Source of the DNA: an uncultured Armatimonadia bacterium
Lineage (GTDB): Bacteria > Armatimonadota > Zipacnadia > CAVVLO01
Length of the DNA: 64,000 nucleotides
Direction of reading: 5' to 3'
Assembly (NCBI GenBank): GCA_963749155.1
Contig: CAVVLO010000001.1
Span: forward strand, 32,001 to 96,000
Program-made: the position numbers and the translations under genes
Notes under the pieces: generated by a model
Told to the model about the DNA's origin: nothing
Seen by the model: the letters and a program-made list of their open reading frames with translations, nothing else
Database searches by the model: none
Part shown: positions 12,012 through 20,982 of the stretch, piece after piece
Layout: each line of letters begins with the position of its first letter
How positions within the stretch are numbered: the first letter of the stretch is position 1

Positions 12012-13298
12012 ATGGCATACGGCAGGTTGATGTATCTGCTTCTAGTAGTTGGACTAGTGCTTATAACTAGTGTCTGGCTGACCGACTATACACCTTCAGG
12101 TTTATCGATGTGGCTCCCCGTAGTGCTTGGATTATTATGGCTGCAAGTCTTTTTCCTGCTCGGAGGGGCAGAGCGTTCTACCCTGCGCAGGGCCCGGACT
12201 GTGTTCTGGCTTGCGTCCGTGGCGTCTTTCACCGTGCTGGTGGGCTTGTGGGTTGGTGGCTATGGAGCTTCTTTGCCGGCCTATAAGCTGGCGGCTATCT
12301 GCTGCGGTTTGTGGACTGGAGGCGCGCTGGCGCTTTGCGTGCTGCTCAGGCCCTTTGCCAGGACTGATTCGACAAGCTTCTTCCTCCTGGTTGCGGATTC
12401 AGCTGAACTGGAGCGTTCGCTCGCGGCTGAAGTCACTCGGGTATATGGCGTCGAGTGCGCTCCGGCCAGTGCTCGGCCCCAAGCGACAGAGACTGGACAG
12501 GAGCCTATGGCGTATCTGCCAGGGGTCGCCTCTCCGGAAAAACTGACGTTACTCAGTCGTCAGGCCCAGGCCCGGGGTCAATTGATGCCCCTCGGTGACC
12601 TGCTGGAACGCCTGACAGGCAAGGCGGCGCTGCTTCACGTACCCGAGGGCTGGATTGCACGTATAGGCTGGCAGCGACCTCATTCAGATGCCGTGATGGC
12701 CCTCAAGCATCTGCTCGACAAGCTGGCGGCGCTGGCCTTGCTGGTTTGTTCGTCGCCGCTGCTGGTTGCCTGTATGCTGGCGATCCTGCTTGAGGATGGG
12801 CGGCCGATTTTTTATTCTCAGCGACGCAGTGGAGAGCGTGGCAAGATTTTCACGATGTGGAAGCTACGCACGATGGTCAAGGACGCCGAACAGCATACAG
12901 GCGCCGTTTGGGCTTCCCATGGCGATCGCCGGGTAACTCGTACTGGGCGTATCCTAAGGGCCACAGGCCTGGATGAGATACCCCAACTGTGGAACATTTT
13001 GCGTGGCGAGATGAGCCTGGTTGGGCCAAGACCCGAAAGGCCCGAACTGGTCGAGCAACTGGCCGAACAACTTCCGGTCTATCGGGCGCGGTTGGCTGTG
13101 AGACCGGGCTTGCTTGGGTGGGCGCAACTCCATCGGGGGGGAGATACCTGCCTTGCCGATGTTATAGATAAATTGCGCTACGACTTGTACTATCTCAATC
13201 ATCTCTCACTCTGGCTCGATGCGCGCGTTGTCCTGGGGACGCTCAGGATGATTGTTCTACAGCGCAAGCCTTCAGCGGGGGTGGAGCAAACAGTCTAG
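12012..13298 (+). CDS. Sugar transferase (priming polyprenyl glycosylphosphotransferase family)
   Basis: N-terminal TM helices. C-terminal motifs PIFYSQRRSG, KLRTM, LDEIPQLWNILRGEMSLVGPRPE, KLRYDLYY. Confidence 0.9.
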   Translation: MAYGRLMYLLLVVGLVLITSVWLTDYTPSGLSMWLPVVLGLLWLQVFFLLGGAERSTLRRARTVFWLASVASFTVLVGLWVGGYGASLPAYKLAAICCGLWTGGALALCVLLRPFARTDSTSFFLLVADSAELERSLAAEVTRVYGVECAPASARPQATETGQEPMAYLPGVASPEKLTLLSRQAQARGQLMPLGDLLERLTGKAALLHVPEGWIARIGWQRPHSDAVMALKHLLDKLAALALLVCSSPLLVACMLAILLEDGRPIFYSQRRSGERGKIFTMWKLRTMVKDAEQHTGAVWASHGDRRVTRTGRILRATGLDEIPQLWNILRGEMSLVGPRPERPELVEQLAEQLPVYRARLAVRPGLLGWAQLHRGGDTCLADVIDKLRYDLYYLNHLSLWLDARVVLGTLRMIVLQRKPSAGVEQTV

Positions 13299-13394
13299 AC
13301 TGCTTGAGGGTTGGAGTGGTCAAGTATTGCCTCGGGTGTGATAGGATTCTAGTAACGCACCTATCCTCATCCACTAGGAGGCGACCATCGCTCT

Positions 13395-14111
13395 ATGGGC
13401 CTGATTGAGTTTACTGACAACCACGAGGACCTTAGTACCGATAAGGGGTTCCAGTTCAAGTTCTTCTGTGAGCGCTGCCAGAACGGCTTTATGAGCACTT
13501 ACAAGATCAACAAGCTCGGAACCGCTTCGGGCTTGCTTGGCGCCGCGGGCAGATTACTCGGCGGAGTGCTGGACCGCGCCGCGGACAGTGCTTACGAAGT
13601 TCAACAGGCAGTGGGCGGTCCCGCCCACGATGCTGCGCTCAAGGAAGCGGTCGAAGAAGCCAAAGTCCACTTCCACCAGTGCGAACGGTGTGGGCAGTGG
13701 GTTTGCCCCGAACGCTGCTGGAATGAAGAGCGCACGATGTGCAAGGACTGCGCGCCCGATTTCGGCGAGGAACTCGCCGCCGCTCAGCAGGAAGAGATGC
13801 TGAGCCAGATGCGCGAGAAGGTTCGCGAGACCGACCTCATCGGCGAACTGGATGTCACAAGCACAGCCACAGGCAAATGTCCCAATTGTGGGGCAAAATC
13901 GACTGGGGGCAAGTTCTGTCCCGAGTGCGGCAAGCCGTATGCGCCCGAGATAGAGTGCCCAAAGTGCGGAGCCAAAGCGAAAGCTGGCGCAAAGTTTTGC
14001 CTCGAGTGCGGCCAGTCTTTGGTTGTCCTGACCGCCTGTCCCAAGTGCGGCGCCAAACTCGAGCCTGGCGCGAAATTCTGCGCCGAGTGTGGAGAGAAAC
14101 TTGGTGGCTGA
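13395..14111 (+). CDS. Multi zinc-ribbon (double zinc ribbon) protein
   Basis: Repeated CPxCG...KFCxECG units, plus N-terminal GFQFKFFCERC and CERCGQWVC...CWN...CKDCAP. RBS AGGAGG. Confidence 0.85.
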   Translation: MGLIEFTDNHEDLSTDKGFQFKFFCERCQNGFMSTYKINKLGTASGLLGAAGRLLGGVLDRAADSAYEVQQAVGGPAHDAALKEAVEEAKVHFHQCERCGQWVCPERCWNEERTMCKDCAPDFGEELAAAQQEEMLSQMREKVRETDLIGELDVTSTATGKCPNCGAKSTGGKFCPECGKPYAPEIECPKCGAKAKAGAKFCLECGQSLVVLTACPKCGAKLEPGAKFCAECGEKLGG

Positions 14112-15357
14112 GCAACCGGCAGAATTCAAAGGCGCCTGGCGCTTATTGGCCAAGGACGGCAGCCTGCTCGAAGAAGGGCAAGGCTCGCTGGCCTTTCTGC
14201 CTGATGCAGTGGTGCTTGCTTCCTCGACAGGCGGACAGCTGGAAATGCTCTGGCGCGACTTTGCCGCGCTTGAGAGCGCCGATTATGTTCTCTCGCTTCG
14301 ATTGCACTCGGGTGAGAAGTTGGCACTCTACAAACTCGGCGCGCGCTATGAAGAGGCCGTCGAAGAGGCGGCCAGGTTGCGCGCCGATGCGCTGGCTGCG
14401 GCTTTACTGATTGACGAGTCGTTATTGCATGGGGGTTACGAGGCGCTAATCCGGGTTGGTGAAGAGCCTGCCTTCGAGGGAGAACTGCGACTTTATGATT
14501 CGCGTTTGGGACTTTTCCCTCGAGCCAGTTTGCCCTCAGTGCTGGAGTATCCATGCCTCGCATCGGTTGAACTGGATGAGGCTACTTACGAACTGGTGCT
14601 GCAACCTGCTAACGGCAAGCCGGTGAGGCTGGGCAAGCTGGGCGCGCGCGGGGCAGAGTGCCAGGAGCTGCTCTCCCAATTGATCGCAAGGCACAAAGGA
14701 CGCACCCAACAAGCGCTACAAAATACATTGGCTGGGCTGGATTCGATGGCGCTGCGCAGGACCGCGAACCTGCTGGTCGATGGCCGATGCGCAAGTAAGG
14801 CGGAGCTGGATTCCGTGGCCTCAGCCGCCTGGGCCGCTCTCGAAGCCGCTTGTCTGACGAAGGAAGAGCGCAAGCCCTATTATGAGGCGCTCAAGGCAAT
14901 CAGCCCGATAAATTCGTTGCGTTTTGGCCTCAAACAGGTGACCGCCACCGGCTTTGAGGGGCAGGAGAGTTCTTTGCCTCCTGTCGGGGACGAGACAGGC
15001 CGGGAGTTTCCGGTGCTCGCCTGGTTGCTTGCGCCACTCGGTCCCGAAGGCGCGCCCGTTGCTGTGGCCTGGGAAGTGCTGACCGAAGGCGATCACGCCA
15101 CATATGGGTTCTGGCTGGATCCCTCGCAAGGGCAAACCGATCTGGAAGAACTCCAACGGTGCCTGCAGCGAGTGCAATTTCGCCGCGAACCCATCGGGGC
15201 AAGCGCCACCGACCTGACAGGGCAGCTTGGTCAGTATGCGCTCGCGGTAGCCCAAGTGCCAGAGCTGGTCTGGCTGCGAAAGCGCCTGATGGGGAGAGCC
15301 ATCCACGCGACGCCAGAGAGCTGGGCGAAATCGGTAAAGGAGTGGGCGGGCGGATAA
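14104..15357 (+). CDS. Hypothetical protein, possibly with tandem PH-like beta domains
   Basis: Long ORF overlapping the upstream stop, GTG start after GGAGAG. Internal repeat L.KLGAR occurs twice. Confidence 0.6.
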   Translation: MAEQPAEFKGAWRLLAKDGSLLEEGQGSLAFLPDAVVLASSTGGQLEMLWRDFAALESADYVLSLRLHSGEKLALYKLGARYEEAVEEAARLRADALAAALLIDESLLHGGYEALIRVGEEPAFEGELRLYDSRLGLFPRASLPSVLEYPCLASVELDEATYELVLQPANGKPVRLGKLGARGAECQELLSQLIARHKGRTQQALQNTLAGLDSMALRRTANLLVDGRCASKAELDSVASAAWAALEAACLTKEERKPYYEALKAISPINSLRFGLKQVTATGFEGQESSLPPVGDETGREFPVLAWLLAPLGPEGAPVAVAWEVLTEGDHATYGFWLDPSQGQTDLEELQRCLQRVQFRREPIGASATDLTGQLGQYALAVAQVPELVWLRKRLMGRAIHATPESWAKSVKEWAGG

Positions 15358-15373
15358 TTGCCTGTGCCGGAGG

Positions 15374-16864
15374 CTAACCTGATGAGCCGCCAAAAGCCAA
15401 GGCGATAAGGCGCTCTTCGGTCGCTTCGGCGCCGCTGACCTCGCCTCTCAGTCGCCCCTCGTGCATCACGAGGATGCGATCGCACAGGCCGATGAGTTCG
15501 GGCAGCTCCGAGCTGACCACGATTACTCCGTTGCCAGCGCTTGCCCAGGCGCGCAGTTGGCGATGGAGTTCTGCTTTGGCCCCGACATCCACGCCGCGAG
15601 TCGGCTCATCCACCAGAAGCACCTTCGGCCTGGTCGCAAGCCACCTGCCAAACAGCACCTTCTGCTGGTTGCCGCCGGAAAGCCGTCCCACCGCCTGATC
15701 GAGGGAAGCATAACGCACATCCAGACTCTGGCAGGTTTCAGCAGCGAGTTTCTGAGCAAGCCTGGCGCTTACCACTCCGCCTGGCGAAAGCGCGTCCAGA
15801 CTCGCGCAGCCGATATTGTCCTCGATACTGCGTTCGAGGAATAATCCCAGCGTTTTGCGGTCTTCAGTCACGTAAGCCAGGCCCGCCGCCATCGCGTCAC
15901 CGACCCTCTCCAGTCGGAGCGGCTGGTTTTCGAGGCTAACAGAACCCTCGGTTGCTGGTGCTGCGCCAAAAAGGGCCAGCATAAGCTCGGTGCGGCCCGA
16001 ACCGACCAGGCCCGAAAATCCCAAAACCTCGCCGCGATGCAGATTGAAGCTGATATCTGCGAATACGCCAGCCTTCCCAAGCCCCTCTACCCGCAGCAAC
16101 TCTTCGCCAATCTCCTCGGCTTTGGGGGGGAAGAGCGCGGTCAGCTCGCGCCCGACCATCAGATTGATGACCTCAGGGCGGTTAGTCTCGGCAGTTGGCC
16201 TGGTGGCCACCAGATTGCCATCGCGCAGCACGGTGATACGGTCGGCTACCTGGAAGACCTCATCCAGCCTGTGAGAGATATAGACGACTCCAAGCCCGCG
16301 CTCGGCCAGGCGTCTGATTGTGTCCAGCACCAGACTCGTCTCATGGGCCTCAAGGGAGGAGGTCGGCTCATCGAAGATGATGAGGCGCGGGTTTTGAGCG
16401 AGCGCTTTCAGTATCTCGACGACCTGACGATTGCCCATCCCAAGCTCGGAAGTCGGCGTGGCAGGATGGATCTTGAGGTCGAATTCGGCCATCAGCGCGG
16501 CGGCCTGGCGATTCAATTCGTTCCAGTTAATCAGGCCGAAAGTGGTTGGTTCGCGGCCAGCCATCAGGTTCTGCGCGACAGTAAGGTCAGGCGCAAGCGA
16601 CAGTTCCTGATGGACCATCGCGATGCCGGCTGCAAGCGCCTCGTGCGGATTATGAAAAGTGCCTTGCTTCTCCTCGAAAAGCACCTGGCCAGCATCGGCC
16701 TGATACACCCCGGAGGCGATCTTCATCAAGGTGCTCTTGCCGGCGCCATTCTCACCGACCAGCGCATGCACTTCTCCGGCGCGGACTTCGAAGTCCACCC
16801 CGTGCAGCACTTCGACACCGCCGAAGCTCTTGCGAAGGCCAATCAGCCGAAGCAATTCGCTCAC
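15374..16864 (-). CDS. Sugar ABC transporter ATP-binding protein (RbsA/MglA type)
   Basis: GENGAGKSTL, FDEPTSSL, EDRK, LSGGNQQKV, DEPTRGVDVGAK. Confidence 0.95.
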   Translation of the reverse strand: MSELLRLIGLRKSFGGVEVLHGVDFEVRAGEVHALVGENGAGKSTLMKIASGVYQADAGQVLFEEKQGTFHNPHEALAAGIAMVHQELSLAPDLTVAQNLMAGREPTTFGLINWNELNRQAAALMAEFDLKIHPATPTSELGMGNRQVVEILKALAQNPRLIIFDEPTSSLEAHETSLVLDTIRRLAERGLGVVYISHRLDEVFQVADRITVLRDGNLVATRPTAETNRPEVINLMVGRELTALFPPKAEEIGEELLRVEGLGKAGVFADISFNLHRGEVLGFSGLVGSGRTELMLALFGAAPATEGSVSLENQPLRLERVGDAMAAGLAYVTEDRKTLGLFLERSIEDNIGCASLDALSPGGVVSARLAQKLAAETCQSLDVRYASLDQAVGRLSGGNQQKVLFGRWLATRPKVLLVDEPTRGVDVGAKAELHRQLRAWASAGNGVIVVSSELPELIGLCDRILVMHEGRLRGEVSGAEATEERLIALAFGGSSG

Positions 16865-18918
16865 TGGGTCGCGGGCGCCTCCTCGAGTGGGGGTTCGGCC
16901 GCGCCGACTCCTGCCGATTGCTCGTGGTAGAACATCGCCGCAGTCTCGGGCGTGATGAGGAAGCTGCCGGTATCGATATGCGGGGGCAGCGGATTCACGT
17001 CCGCCGCTTTCCAGTCGTCCACCAGTTTGACCTGGCCGTTGCGCAAGTTATACAGCAACTGCAGCGCGGTGTAGGTCATTGTATAGCTGCGCTGGGCGAC
17101 ACTGGCATCAATCACGCCCTCTTCAATCAGGCGCAGTGTGGGATCGTCGCGGTCCATCGCAACTATCTTTATCTTGCCGACTTTATTAGCTTCTTTAACC
17201 GCAGTGGCTGCCGAGACTCCCCCTGTGGCCTCCACACAGGCGAAGGCCGTCAGGTCCGGCCTTGACTGCAGGATAGCGCGCGCGACTTTTAGTCCCTCGG
17301 TGTTGGAACTCTGGTCATTGAGTTCGGCGATGACCTCGATGTCCGGCCACTTCTTGAGAGCGTCTTTATAGCCATCCACGCGCTGCATCAGGTTGTCCTG
17401 GCCTGGCACGGTGAGGATTGCGACTTTACCTTTACCGTTCAGCAGTTTGCCGAGGTGCTCACCGCCCTGGAAACCTGCCTCATAGTTGCCCGTGCCAATG
17501 AAAGAGAAACGTTTGCTGCTGGGCGCATCCGTATCCACACAGACCACGGGGATGCCTTTGGCAATGGCTTTATCGATGACGGGGGTCAGCGCATCGGAGG
17601 CCGGCACGGCGACGATGCCATCCACCCCCTCGGCGATGGCGCGCTCGATATAGTCTATCTGCTGGTTGGCGTCCACGTTGGGGGCGCCGGTGAAGAGCGC
17701 CTCGACACCGAGTTCGGCGCCCTTATCCTCAAAGCCAGCTTTGGAATCAATCCAGTAGGAGGCGTTGGTTGCGATGGCGACCATAACGTATTTCTGCTTG
17801 CGCCCTTGTTCGAGCTCTGGGCCAGCCTGCTGACCGCCACCGAGTTTAAGGACCAAAACGACCGCAAGTGCCACCACGAGCAGCACGTTAAAGATACGTT
17901 CCACTTTTTTATTCCTCGTTTTGGTGAAAAGTGAGAGCAGCCGGGGGCCAAGCGAGGCGCCCGACTGGTCTATCATCGCGGCCAGTATGAGCACAAGGCC
18001 GACGGCTATCATCTGAGCCTCGGGGGCGATGTTGATGAAGACCAGTCCTGTGGTGATGACCTGCATCAACAGCAAGCCCAGGAAGGAGCCAAGGACCGTG
18101 CCGCGCCCGCCGGAGAGGCTCGCGCCACCGACGATAACCGCGGCGATAACGCGCAACTCCGCGCCTGTCCCTTCGTTAGGGTCAATCGTGTTGCCTCGCG
18201 CGGCGATAATGACGCCAGCGAGTGCTGCCAGAAGCCCTGTGAAGGCGAAGGCAAAGGTCTTCACCTTGTCCACGGCGATGCCAGTGAGAGCGGCGGCTTC
18301 TTCGTTGCTGCCAACAAAATAGGCTTGCCGAAGGTAGCGCAGGTTGCGCAGCAACAGGTCAGCGATGACAATGGCGATGACAAGCAGCGCTATCGGCACA
18401 GGGATGCCCAGGAAAGCGCCCCAGGCCAGCTTAAGGAAGCCCTCGGGGAAGCCTGTTGGTGGATTGTTCTTCGTCACGACCAGCACGATACCGCGCAGGA
18501 TGCTCATCATACCGAGGGTGGTGATGAAGGGATTTACCTTCAGGCGGGTGATGATCAGGCCATTCAACCAACCGACAAAAAAGCCTAACAGCAGGGCCGC
18601 AAGCACAGCGAGCGCAACCGGCGTTCCGGATTTCATCAGCAGGGCGGCGGTCAGTCCACCAGCGGCCATTGTCGAGCCAACCGACAGGTCGAAACCTCCG
18701 CAGATGATGACGAAGGTCATCCCGATTAGTACCAAACCATCGGTGGCGCTGCTCTGAAGCATCGCCTTGAGCGGTTCAAGTCCGAAGAACCGGTCGTTCA
18801 TCAGGCCGAAAAGTACGTAGAAAAAGACCACCGAACCGAGTATGGCGAGTTCGCGCAGATGCACTCGTCGCTTTATCGGTTTGGGTGGAGTTGCAGGTTG
18901 CTCTGGTCGGGCTTCCAT
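16861..18918 (-). CDS. Fused sugar ABC permease (RbsC-like) and periplasmic sugar-binding protein (RbsB-like)
   Basis: N-half has GGFDLSVGS, PFITTLG, GSNEEAAALTGI, IAAVIVGGASLSGGRG. C-half has GVDGIVAVP, GIPVVCVDTDA, FIGTGNYEAG. One uninterrupted ORF with a TM linker. Confidence 0.9.
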   Translation of the reverse strand: MEARPEQPATPPKPIKRRVHLRELAILGSVVFFYVLFGLMNDRFFGLEPLKAMLQSSATDGLVLIGMTFVIICGGFDLSVGSTMAAGGLTAALLMKSGTPVALAVLAALLLGFFVGWLNGLIITRLKVNPFITTLGMMSILRGIVLVVTKNNPPTGFPEGFLKLAWGAFLGIPVPIALLVIAIVIADLLLRNLRYLRQAYFVGSNEEAAALTGIAVDKVKTFAFAFTGLLAALAGVIIAARGNTIDPNEGTGAELRVIAAVIVGGASLSGGRGTVLGSFLGLLLMQVITTGLVFINIAPEAQMIAVGLVLILAAMIDQSGASLGPRLLSLFTKTRNKKVERIFNVLLVVALAVVLVLKLGGGQQAGPELEQGRKQKYVMVAIATNASYWIDSKAGFEDKGAELGVEALFTGAPNVDANQQIDYIERAIAEGVDGIVAVPASDALTPVIDKAIAKGIPVVCVDTDAPSSKRFSFIGTGNYEAGFQGGEHLGKLLNGKGKVAILTVPGQDNLMQRVDGYKDALKKWPDIEVIAELNDQSSNTEGLKVARAILQSRPDLTAFACVEATGGVSAATAVKEANKVGKIKIVAMDRDDPTLRLIEEGVIDASVAQRSYTMTYTALQLLYNLRNGQVKLVDDWKAADVNPLPPHIDTGSFLITPETAAMFYHEQSAGVGAAEPPLEEAPATQ

Positions 18919-18990
18919 TGCCTCACCGCTTGGCACAGCGAAAATTGATGAGAAGGCTTTCGCTGAGTGACAGCAGTCTCCTGCCTGTCG

Positions 18991-20982
18991 CTAGTCGCTG
19001 GGCAGTTGGGGCAATATATATGTGATATCGGTCAGGCGTTGTCTGGTGACAGGCTCAACCGCGCGCAGGAAGCACCCCGTGTGTCGAGCAGCGCCATAAG
19101 CGGCTGTGGAGTGATAGAGCAACGTCAGGCTGTTCTCTCCCTGCCTCAGCGCGCCGGTGGATCCTTCAAGCCGGTCTCCGTTTAGCCACAGAGCTTGCAC
19201 GTCTTCTGGATTCACTTCGAAATGCACCGGCTGAGGCTCTGGTGAGTTGAGGAGGGTGGAGAGCAGATAAGGAGCGGAGGTCAGTTTTGACCAGTCGCCC
19301 TGAGTACGGATGAGTTCGCAATCGAGATGCTCGTCAGGCACAGGCCCGTCGGTTGGCGCCAGGCGCCAGGTGACCTCGGCCACTTCGCCAGGCAAGCCCT
19401 CGGTCTCCACTTGAGCAATTAGCTCAGCCACTGTTGCCTCAGCCGGCAGTGGTCCAAGCAAAGCGAAATGCCCCTTCGGGAAAGCTTGATCTTCAACGAA
19501 AGGCAACTGGGTAGTGGCATAAAGCCTGCCTTGGGTGTCCATCAACTTGAAATCAAGTTGAGCCACCAGATAAGCGGCGCCATAACGATATTTGGCGTCA
19601 AGAGAGGCCTCGGTTGGACGGAAGCGTTCTGTCCAACGCTCTCCCTCTCCGAGTCGAGGCAACTTGACCAGGTGGATGCCCTCCTGCCAGGCAAGAGGCA
19701 ATCTGAAGGTAACAAGGCCGCCTTCAAGCAGCTGGCCAGTGTGGTTCTGGACCTGCAGAACCAGCTCGCCGTCTTCGAAAAACAGCAGGGCAAGCAGGCC
19801 TGGGAAGTCCGCATCCTGGCAGGCTTCGGTGAGTTGCACAGTGTTTGAGAGGTTCTTCACAACGCCGATCTTTTGAGGTGCAAGCTGACCTGGCAAAGGC
19901 GGCACGTTGATCAGCACCGAATCTGGGAAAGGTTGGCGCGAGGCTAGAGCCAGTTCTGCGTCGGGGCTGGAGAAGTCTTGCAAGGCGTTGTGTTCGCAAT
20001 GGACAGCCAGGGTTAGCGGCATATCACCATTCACGAAGACGCCAATCGGGCGTGTGAGATGCACCGTGACGGTGTTGCCGGCTCGTTCGGTGGTCAGGTG
20101 CGCGCGGCGCTGCTGATACCAGTAGGCTGCATATTCGTTCTGATTGCAGCGCCAGGCGTTCGGTATGCTGGCCAGCAGGTCAAGGCGCCGGGCAAGTTCG
20201 TCCCAATCGTAGTTCAGGAGCTTCGTGCCATACCAGGCGTGCATCGAGTTGCTTAGGGCAGGATAATCGCGCTTGAGGCTCTCATCTCCCAAAGCCCAGT
20301 TAACTGCCTGCTCGAAGACTTCGTATGACACGTTTTCAGGGGGCATGATAACGCTGCCAGCCAGTTCCGAGGGCAAAGACTGGAAGAAATTTATGAACTC
20401 GGCGACATGGATATATCCTGCCCGCTGCAACAGTCTGACCAGATCGGCCTGGACGACAAAGCCTTCGGCCTGACTGTAATAATCAACATAGGAGAAGGTA
20501 TGCGAATTCACCAGTGTATCGAGGGTGGCCTCCCACTCGATGCGCACGGCCAGTAGCTCTTCAAAGGCGCGGTTGCGGCTGACACAGGTCAGATAAGGGT
20601 GGGAGAGAGTATGCCCGCCGATGCTGTTGCCCAGCGCAAGCAGCTTGCGCGCTTCTTCAACAAAACCGGACGGGCCGGCGTAGCTCGTGGCAGGGGAGTT
20701 CAGATAATAGGTGGCTTTCAGATCACGCTCCCATTGCAACTCGGCGGCAGTGAGGCCGGTCGGCGCATTGTCGTCCCAGCGGCCTGTAACCGCGCGCTCA
20801 TACCCCTCGAAGAGAGGGCATATCTCGAAAGTCGCTTGTTGGGCGCTCTCGTCACAATCGAAGACGAAAGCAAGTTGCTGCTCATAAACAGGGGGAGGAA
20901 ACTCTTCGTGCAGGTACTCACCAGCTTGCAGCAAGTGGCTGCAACCGAGGACAAGGCAAAGGCAGGCTAGTAGCAGGCTCAA
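18991..20982 (-). CDS. Secreted polysaccharide deacetylase (CE4/NodB-like) domain protein
   Basis: Signal peptide, RWDDN, KATYYLN, IGGHTLSHPYL motifs. TTG start overlaps the upstream stop. Confidence 0.7.
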   Translation of the reverse strand: MSLLLACLCLVLGCSHLLQAGEYLHEEFPPPVYEQQLAFVFDCDESAQQATFEICPLFEGYERAVTGRWDDNAPTGLTAAELQWERDLKATYYLNSPATSYAGPSGFVEEARKLLALGNSIGGHTLSHPYLTCVSRNRAFEELLAVRIEWEATLDTLVNSHTFSYVDYYSQAEGFVVQADLVRLLQRAGYIHVAEFINFFQSLPSELAGSVIMPPENVSYEVFEQAVNWALGDESLKRDYPALSNSMHAWYGTKLLNYDWDELARRLDLLASIPNAWRCNQNEYAAYWYQQRRAHLTTERAGNTVTVHLTRPIGVFVNGDMPLTLAVHCEHNALQDFSSPDAELALASRQPFPDSVLINVPPLPGQLAPQKIGVVKNLSNTVQLTEACQDADFPGLLALLFFEDGELVLQVQNHTGQLLEGGLVTFRLPLAWQEGIHLVKLPRLGEGERWTERFRPTEASLDAKYRYGAAYLVAQLDFKLMDTQGRLYATTQLPFVEDQAFPKGHFALLGPLPAEATVAELIAQVETEGLPGEVAEVTWRLAPTDGPVPDEHLDCELIRTQGDWSKLTSAPYLLSTLLNSPEPQPVHFEVNPEDVQALWLNGDRLEGSTGALRQGENSLTLLYHSTAAYGAARHTGCFLRAVEPVTRQRLTDITYILPQLPSD

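Noticed and set aside
13870..14095. DNA tandem repeats in the zinc-ribbon gene as a DGR or variable region
   Set aside because: Explained by coding of three CPxCG...KFCxECG units. No reverse transcriptase or adenine-specific variation.
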